From Deltaproteobacteria bacterium (GTDB lineage Bacteria; Myxococcota_A; Polyangia; Polyangiales; Houyiibacteriaceae): 64,000 nt of DNA. A model generated the notes under the pieces. It was not told where the DNA came from, did not search any database, and saw only the letters and a program-made list of their open reading frames with translations. Location: the NCBI GenBank assembly GCA_004283055.1, contig SHLP01000003.1:35282-99281 (forward strand), given 5' to 3'. Positions 58,496 through 64,000 of this stretch are shown here, piece by piece. Within the stretch, counting starts at the first letter, position 1. Every line of letters begins with the position of its first letter. A program made the position numbers and the translations under genes.

Positions 58496-60543
58496 AGAAC
58501 CGGCATCAGCGATGGTTCCGGGCGAGAATTGCCCTGCTGGGCGTTTGTGTCGCCGCCGTCGCCGTGCTCGTTCTGGTTCGGGCCTTCCATCTGCAGATCG
58601 CGAGCGGCGATCGTTTGCGTGAAATGGCAGAGGGGCAGCACCTCCGCGAGCTTCGCGTGTCGCCGCGACGAGGTGCGATCTACGATCGGCATGGTGCAGA
58701 GCTTGCCGTGAGCGCCGACGTGCACAGCGTGTACGCCAATCCCCGTCGTCTCAAAGCGATGGAGCAAGAGCCTCGGTTGGTAGCGAAGCGGATTTCCAAG
58801 ATCCTCGACCTCGACCCGAAGGCGCTTGCGAAGCGGCTGTCGGCGGACCGCTATTTCGTCTGGATCGAACGGCGCGTGACGCCCAACGAGGCTGCGCAGA
58901 TCCGGGCCCTCGACATTCCAGGGCTAGAGCTCACGACCGAAGCGCGCCGGTACTACCCGAATCGTCACCTGGCAGCGCATCTCCTGGGCTTTGCCGACAT
59001 CGACGGACGCGGCATCGAAGGCGTCGAGCTCGCCTACGAGGATCGACTTCGTGGCTCCGATCGGCGCGTCGAGGCGATTCGCGACCGCCGCGGTCAGGTC
59101 GTCTTTGCAGACGAAATGGAAGACGATCGATCGATGCAAGGGCAGAGCGTCGTCCTCACGATCGACAAGGCGATCCAGCACATCGCCGAGCGGGAGCTCG
59201 CACTCGGTGTGCGGACGTTCGAGGCACGCGGTGGGAGCGTGGTCGTGATGGACCCGTCCAGCGGAGAGATCCTCGCGCTTGCAAACTACCCCCCTTTCAA
59301 CCCAAACGAGCCGTCGAAACACCCAACAGCGCACCGTCGAAACCGCGCAGTCGTCGACCGATTCGAGCCGGGGTCCACCGTCAAGCCATTCACCATGGCC
59401 GCAGCGCTTGCCGCCGGTGCGGTAAGACCCAACCAATCGATCAACTGCGAGAACGGGGTGACCCGGATTGCGGGACGGATTCTGCACGACGCTCATCCCT
59501 ACGAATGGCTGACTCCGACCCAGATACTCGCGTACTCGAGCAACATTGGCATTGCGAAGATTGCGCTCGACCTCGGCAAGAAGAACCTCTACCGAGGGTT
59601 TCGACGTTTCGGCTTTGGTGAGCCGACCGGTCTAGGCGTACCGGGTGAGACGGCCGGCATTCTCCGACACTACCGGCGTTGGTACGAGATCGACGCGGCC
59701 ACCGTTTCGTTCGGGCAGGGAATGAGCGTCACGAACGTTCAGCTCGCGACGGCGATGAGCGCGATTGCAAACGGGGGTCGCCTGATGCAGCCGATGCTCG
59801 TGCGCCGGCTCACGGACGGGCATGGCGTCACGATCGAGGAGAGCACGCCCCGCGTTCGGCGCCAAGTGGTGCCGACGCGCGTCGCAAAGCTCGTGGGCCA
59901 GATGCTGACGGCGGTGACCGAGCCCGGAGGAACCGCGATTGAAGCGGGGATAGATGGCTACCTCGTTGCTGGCAAAACCGGAACGGCTCAAAAAGCAGAC
60001 TACATTCGGGGTGGATACGCGAAAGACAAATGGCTGGCTTCGTTCATCGGCTTCGCTCCCGCGGAACGGCCGGCCGTCGTCATCTCCGTGGTCATCGACG
60101 AGCCCGTGATCGCGCACTATGGCGGGACCGTAGCGGGGCCTGTCTTTCGCCGAATCGCCGAGGTCACCCTGCGGCACATGGGCGTCGCCCCCGAGGGCAG
60201 GCCCGCGGTACTTGCGCAGAGGAAGAAGCAGATCGTGGTCGATGAGGTGGAGCCTTCGCCCGAAGAAGAAGCGGTGGCAAAAGGGCAGAGCGCGGTCCCC
60301 GACGTCCGCTCACTTCCCTTGCGCCAGGCGGTCATCGCTCTGCACGACCAGTCCCTCGTAGCAGAGGTCGCGGGCTCCGGCCTGGTCGTCGATCAAGATC
60401 CTTCGCCGGGCAAGGCGGTGCCTCACGGTGCGGTCGTGCGGATCAGGCTCGAGCGACGGCGATTCGAGACCGAGGCCGGCAAGCCCGAACCGCGCAATGA
60501 GACCCTTGCAGCGGCGGTGCCCCGGAGGCCGCATGTCCCCTGA
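58492..60543 (+). CDS. ftsI: Peptidoglycan transpeptidase FtsI/PBP3 with C-terminal PASTA domain
   Basis: RGAIYDR, RYYP, EPGSTVK (SxxK), SSN, GKTGTAQ; PASTA-like VPDVRSL...QDP. Confidence 0.93.
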   Translation: MKNRHQRWFRARIALLGVCVAAVAVLVLVRAFHLQIASGDRLREMAEGQHLRELRVSPRRGAIYDRHGAELAVSADVHSVYANPRRLKAMEQEPRLVAKRISKILDLDPKALAKRLSADRYFVWIERRVTPNEAAQIRALDIPGLELTTEARRYYPNRHLAAHLLGFADIDGRGIEGVELAYEDRLRGSDRRVEAIRDRRGQVVFADEMEDDRSMQGQSVVLTIDKAIQHIAERELALGVRTFEARGGSVVVMDPSSGEILALANYPPFNPNEPSKHPTAHRRNRAVVDRFEPGSTVKPFTMAAALAAGAVRPNQSINCENGVTRIAGRILHDAHPYEWLTPTQILAYSSNIGIAKIALDLGKKNLYRGFRRFGFGEPTGLGVPGETAGILRHYRRWYEIDAATVSFGQGMSVTNVQLATAMSAIANGGRLMQPMLVRRLTDGHGVTIEESTPRVRRQVVPTRVAKLVGQMLTAVTEPGGTAIEAGIDGYLVAGKTGTAQKADYIRGGYAKDKWLASFIGFAPAERPAVVISVVIDEPVIAHYGGTVAGPVFRRIAEVTLRHMGVAPEGRPAVLAQRKKQIVVDEVEPSPEEEAVAKGQSAVPDVRSLPLRQAVIALHDQSLVAEVAGSGLVVDQDPSPGKAVPHGAVVRIRLERRRFETEAGKPEPRNETLAAAVPRRPHVP

Positions 60544-62059
60544 GCCGAGCCATGGCATGACGCTGCAGCAGCTCCAAGACCGCGGTGTCGGGATCGGGAT
60601 CGCCGGATTGGCGTCGCAGACGGTCTATGGTGTTCAGCACGACTCTCGCGAGGTGACCGGTGGCGACCTCTTCGTTGCCGTTCCTGGTGAGACCTACGAC
60701 GGGCTGAGCTTCGCGGGCGATGCCGTCGCCCGGGGCGCAGTCGCAGTCATGGCCGAGCGTCGAATCGAGCTCGACGTTCCGCAGCTCCTCGTGAAGGACA
60801 TCCGCGGGGAGCTCGGACGCGCAGCGGAGCTCGTGTATGGAGAGCCGACGAGTGCACTGCACACCGTGGGGATCACCGGCACGAACGGGAAGACGACGAC
60901 GGCCTATCTTCTGCAGCGCGCCCTCGAGGGCGTGGCAGCCAAGCCAGCGCTCGTCGGCACGACGGGTTGGATCGCCCCGGGTTCAGAGCGGCCCTCGCTA
61001 CACACGACGCCCGAAGGCGACGACCTTTCACGCTTCGCGAAGCTAGCGCTCGACGCCGGCGCCACGCACCTGGTCTTGGAGGTATCCAGCCACGGGCTGG
61101 CCCTGCATCGGGTTGATGCCCTCGACTTCGAGGTCGCGGCCTTCACCAACCTCTCGCGGGACCATCTGGACTTCCACGAGAGCATGGAGCGCTACGGCGA
61201 GGCCAAGGCCAGGCTCTTCACCGAGCTGCGTCCCAAATGCGCCGTCATTCATGTCGATGACACCTTCGGGTCCGCGCTTGCACACCGCATCCCGGGTCCC
61301 GTGATTCGTTGCTCGCGGAAGTCGGGAAGCCGGGCGGAGATCTTGGCGACCGACTGGTCGGTGAAGCGGGCCGGAATTCGAGCGACCTTCGAGACGCCGG
61401 CGGGTCCGATTGAAATCCGAAGTCCGATGCTCGGGGAGCACAACCTCGAAAATCTTCTCGTGGCCCTCGGCTGTGCCTACGCCCTCGGACTCGACCTGAA
61501 CCTGGTGTCAAAAGCGTGGGAGAGCGCCACTGGAAGTCCAGGACGGCTCGAGCGGGTTGCACACCCAGAGGATGTGGCGGTGCTCGTGGACTACGCACAC
61601 ACTCCCGAGGCGCTTCGTACCGCTCTCCAAACGATGCGTGCGGTGACCCCCAGGCGCTTGATCGCTGTGTTTGGCGCGGGCGGTGATCGAGACAAGGGGA
61701 AGCGGCCGGAAATGGGTCGCGTCGGAGTGGAGGGCGCCGACCTCTGCATACTCACCAGCGACAACCCGCGTTCCGAAGATCCCAGTCAGATCCTCGATGA
61801 GGTCGCGGCGGGCGCAGAGCAAGCCGGCGGTACTCCAATCGAAGCGACCAAGCTCAGCGATGCGAGGCGGGGCTATTGTCGGCTGACCGGGCGTCGAGAA
61901 GCGATCGCCGCTGCGATTCGAGCGGCTCGCCCAGGAGACACGGTGCTTCTCGCGGGCAAGGGTCACGAAAACTATCAAATTGTCGGCGCAGAGCGTCAGC
62001 ACTTCGACGATCGGGAAGAAGCACGCGCGGTCATCGCGAGCCTGGCAGGAGGCGAGTGA
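60533..62059 (+). CDS. murE: UDP-MurNAc-L-Ala-D-Glu--meso-DAP ligase
   Basis: GITGTNGKTT, EVSSH, DHLDFH, DYAHTP, DNPR (DAP specificity), GKGHE. Confidence 0.95.
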   Translation: MSPEPSHGMTLQQLQDRGVGIGIAGLASQTVYGVQHDSREVTGGDLFVAVPGETYDGLSFAGDAVARGAVAVMAERRIELDVPQLLVKDIRGELGRAAELVYGEPTSALHTVGITGTNGKTTTAYLLQRALEGVAAKPALVGTTGWIAPGSERPSLHTTPEGDDLSRFAKLALDAGATHLVLEVSSHGLALHRVDALDFEVAAFTNLSRDHLDFHESMERYGEAKARLFTELRPKCAVIHVDDTFGSALAHRIPGPVIRCSRKSGSRAEILATDWSVKRAGIRATFETPAGPIEIRSPMLGEHNLENLLVALGCAYALGLDLNLVSKAWESATGSPGRLERVAHPEDVAVLVDYAHTPEALRTALQTMRAVTPRRLIAVFGAGGDRDKGKRPEMGRVGVEGADLCILTSDNPRSEDPSQILDEVAAGAEQAGGTPIEATKLSDARRGYCRLTGRREAIAAAIRAARPGDTVLLAGKGHENYQIVGAERQHFDDREEARAVIASLAGGE

Positions 62060-63465
62060 TGGCGAGCCGAATCCCTCAGAACCAAGTTCGCCTGCTTCGA
62101 AACCAGGTGCTGGCTGTAACCGATGGTGATGCCAGCGGTCCCGACTGGGAGGGAGCTTCGGGTGTCGTGACAGACTCGCGGGCGGTCCAAGCGGGCAATC
62201 TCTTCGTCGCGCTCCGCGGCGAGCGCTTCGATGCGAATCAGTTCGCGGTGCAGGCGGTAGATGCGGGCGCAGCGGCGGTCTTGGTAGAGCGAGGCACGTC
62301 GCTTCCAGCCCATGTGAGTGCGGTCGAGGTGGATGACACGCTTCGCGCGCTTGGCGATTTGGCCAAGGCTCATCGCGCTAGTTGGACCGGAAAGGTCGTC
62401 GGCATCACCGGCTCGGTCGGCAAGACCAGCACCAAGGAGCTCAGCGCCGCCGCTCTCAAATCGGCCGGTTGCAAGGTGCTCAAGACAAGCGGGAACCTGA
62501 ACAACCGAATCGGCGTTCCGATGACGCTTTTCCAGCTCGATGAGACGGTCGACACCGCAGTCATCGAAATGGGCACCAGCGAGCCAGGAGAGATCGCGCG
62601 CTTGGCCGAGATCTCCGCGCCAGATGTGGGGATCGTGACCCATGCGACCCTCTCCCACACCGAAGGGCTCGGTTCGGTTGAAGCGGTAGCCGATGAAAAG
62701 GTCTCACTGCTACATGCGCTGTCGCCTAGTGGTGTCGCGATCGTGTACGGAGACCCGCCCGCGCTAAAGAAGCGAGCGTCAGTCGTGGCCGCCAGGCGAA
62801 AGCTGTTCTATGGCCGCTCGGCCGGGCACGACGTGCGCGTGATGGACTGGGACGTCGACGCCGATCGCACCCAGGCTCGTTTTCAGGTTCGGGGCAAGGA
62901 CATCGAAATCACGATGGCCTTGCTCGGCGAGGGCGCGGTGCTGAATGCGGCAGGCGCTCTCGCGATCGTCCTGGGCCTGGACCTTCCCCTCGAGGAAGCA
63001 AGCCGTGGTCTCGCCACCGTGAAACCCCCGCCCGGTCGGATGCAGCCTCGGACCGGCGGCGGCAAGCGACTCGTCATCGATGACTCGTACAATTCGAACC
63101 CAGCTTCACTAGAAGTGGCGCTGGAGACAGCTCGCTCCATCGCAGAAAAGCGAAGCGCGCCGTTGGTTGCGATCTTGGGAGACATGAAAGAGCTTGGCGC
63201 GCATAGCGAGAAAGCGCACCGCAAGGTTGGCGATCTCCTTGCGGACGCCGACGCGTTTCTCTTCGTCGGCTGTGGCGATGCCATGCATGAGGCGGTCGCG
63301 AGCGCGAACGCCCGAGGCACGGACACACTCTGGTTCGAGGACGCCGCGGAATGCGGCGAGCTTTCGGACCGGCTTCCGCTCAACGCCGTGATTTTGGTGA
63401 AGGGCTCCCGAACGATGCGGATGGAACGGGTCATCGAGCCGCTCCTCGGGGAGGGGCAGCGATGA
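62059..63465 (+). CDS. murF: UDP-MurNAc-tripeptide--D-Ala-D-Ala ligase
   Basis: TDSR, ITGSVGKTSTK, NLNNRIGVP, DDSYNSNP, LGDMKELG, VKGSR. Confidence 0.95.
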   Translation: MASRIPQNQVRLLRNQVLAVTDGDASGPDWEGASGVVTDSRAVQAGNLFVALRGERFDANQFAVQAVDAGAAAVLVERGTSLPAHVSAVEVDDTLRALGDLAKAHRASWTGKVVGITGSVGKTSTKELSAAALKSAGCKVLKTSGNLNNRIGVPMTLFQLDETVDTAVIEMGTSEPGEIARLAEISAPDVGIVTHATLSHTEGLGSVEAVADEKVSLLHALSPSGVAIVYGDPPALKKRASVVAARRKLFYGRSAGHDVRVMDWDVDADRTQARFQVRGKDIEITMALLGEGAVLNAAGALAIVLGLDLPLEEASRGLATVKPPPGRMQPRTGGGKRLVIDDSYNSNPASLEVALETARSIAEKRSAPLVAILGDMKELGAHSEKAHRKVGDLLADADAFLFVGCGDAMHEAVASANARGTDTLWFEDAAECGELSDRLPLNAVILVKGSRTMRMERVIEPLLGEGQR

Positions 63466-64000
63466 TCTACTACTTGCTCTACCCGCTGCATGAGTACGAG
63501 TCGCTCTCGTTTCTCAACGTCCTTCGCTACGTTCCGTTCCGGTTCTTGATGGCGACCATCACGTCGCTCTTGCTCACGTTCGGTCTCTACCCCTGGTTCA
63601 TTCGCCGCTTGCAGCGTAAACAAATCGGGCAAGTCGTTCGCGCGGATGGGCCGGAGACGCATTTGTCCAAGGCCGGCACACCGACGATGGGCGGCGCCCT
63701 GATGCTGTTGGCGCTGGTCCTCTCGACAGTGCTCTGGGCAGACCCCTCGAACGCCATGGTGTGGGTGGTGACGCTGATCACAGTGGCCTACGGCGTCGTC
63801 GGCTACATCGACGATACCTCCAAAATTCGAACACGCTCCAGCGGAGGGCTCTCGGGCCGGTACAAGCTTCTCTTGCAGTTCTCGACCGCTATCGTCGTGT
63901 GCGCGTGGCTCTACTACGGCGAAACGGGGCTTCCCAGTGACTGGCTCGACATTCGCCATCGCCTCGCCGCACCGTTCTTCGCTTTCTCGAAATATCCGAT
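63462..64000 (+). CDS. mraY: Phospho-N-acetylmuramoyl-pentapeptide transferase (partial)
   Basis: ATG 63462 overlaps the murF stop; GQVVRADGPETHLSKAGTPTMGG, GYIDD; runs off the window. Confidence 0.94.
   Translation, partial: MIYYLLYPLHEYESLSFLNVLRYVPFRFLMATITSLLLTFGLYPWFIRRLQRKQIGQVVRADGPETHLSKAGTPTMGGALMLLALVLSTVLWADPSNAMVWVVTLITVAYGVVGYIDDTSKIRTRSSGGLSGRYKLLLQFSTAIVVCAWLYYGETGLPSDWLDIRHRLAAPFFAFSKYP

Noticed and set aside
210-63959. Many long alternative-frame and antisense ORFs (e.g. 3182-4780 +, 15207-16865 +, 40601-41659 +, 62883-63959 -)
   Set aside because: Shadow ORFs of real genes, expected at high GC; Arg/Pro/Ser-rich or mirror-codon sequence with no motifs.
1-64000. CRISPR arrays, tRNA/rRNA, IS elements, prophage, frameshifted pseudogenes
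   Set aside because: The window is almost fully occupied by intact CDS, and I saw no spaced repeats, cloverleaf motifs, transposases or phage genes.

Overview
A GC-rich (roughly 65% by eye), densely coding core-genome segment. Gene content points to Myxococcota, probably Polyangia-like (inference from giant TPR proteins, a SofG/MglA-type GTPase, SMC and a PASTA-bearing FtsI). I call about 52 CDS and see no rRNA, tRNA, CRISPR, IS or prophage. In order: two coupled giant TPR proteins; SDR; YrbG antiporter; DUF938; a cell-surface modification trio; an ethylmalonyl-CoA pathway module (ecm-meaB-mcd) with a divergent ScfR/RamB-family regulator; yajQ-pheA; pspA plus a degenerate cyclase/P-loop/TPR protein; epimerase-TPR-glpK-UPF0158; smc; purQL; thiS-thiG-thiE plus a signal-peptidase-like gene; two orphan DNA methyltransferases; glutaminyl cyclase; alr-mlaE-mlaF; FolB-cupin fusion plus SDR; pyrR-pyrB-namZ; GTPase-PocR kinase-thiL; and the start of the dcw cluster. 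Best candidates for new biology: (i) a PspA-linked protein whose cyclase and P-loop domains both look catalytically dead, (ii) a signal peptidase I homologue lacking both catalytic residues, (iii) ethylmalonyl-CoA pathway genes in a probable myxobacterial lineage, (iv) a FolB-cupin fusion operon, (v) a GTPase-PocR kinase module with no MglB or response regulator, and (vi) an NrdR-like box before smc. All calls come from motif recognition by eye; no searches were run.
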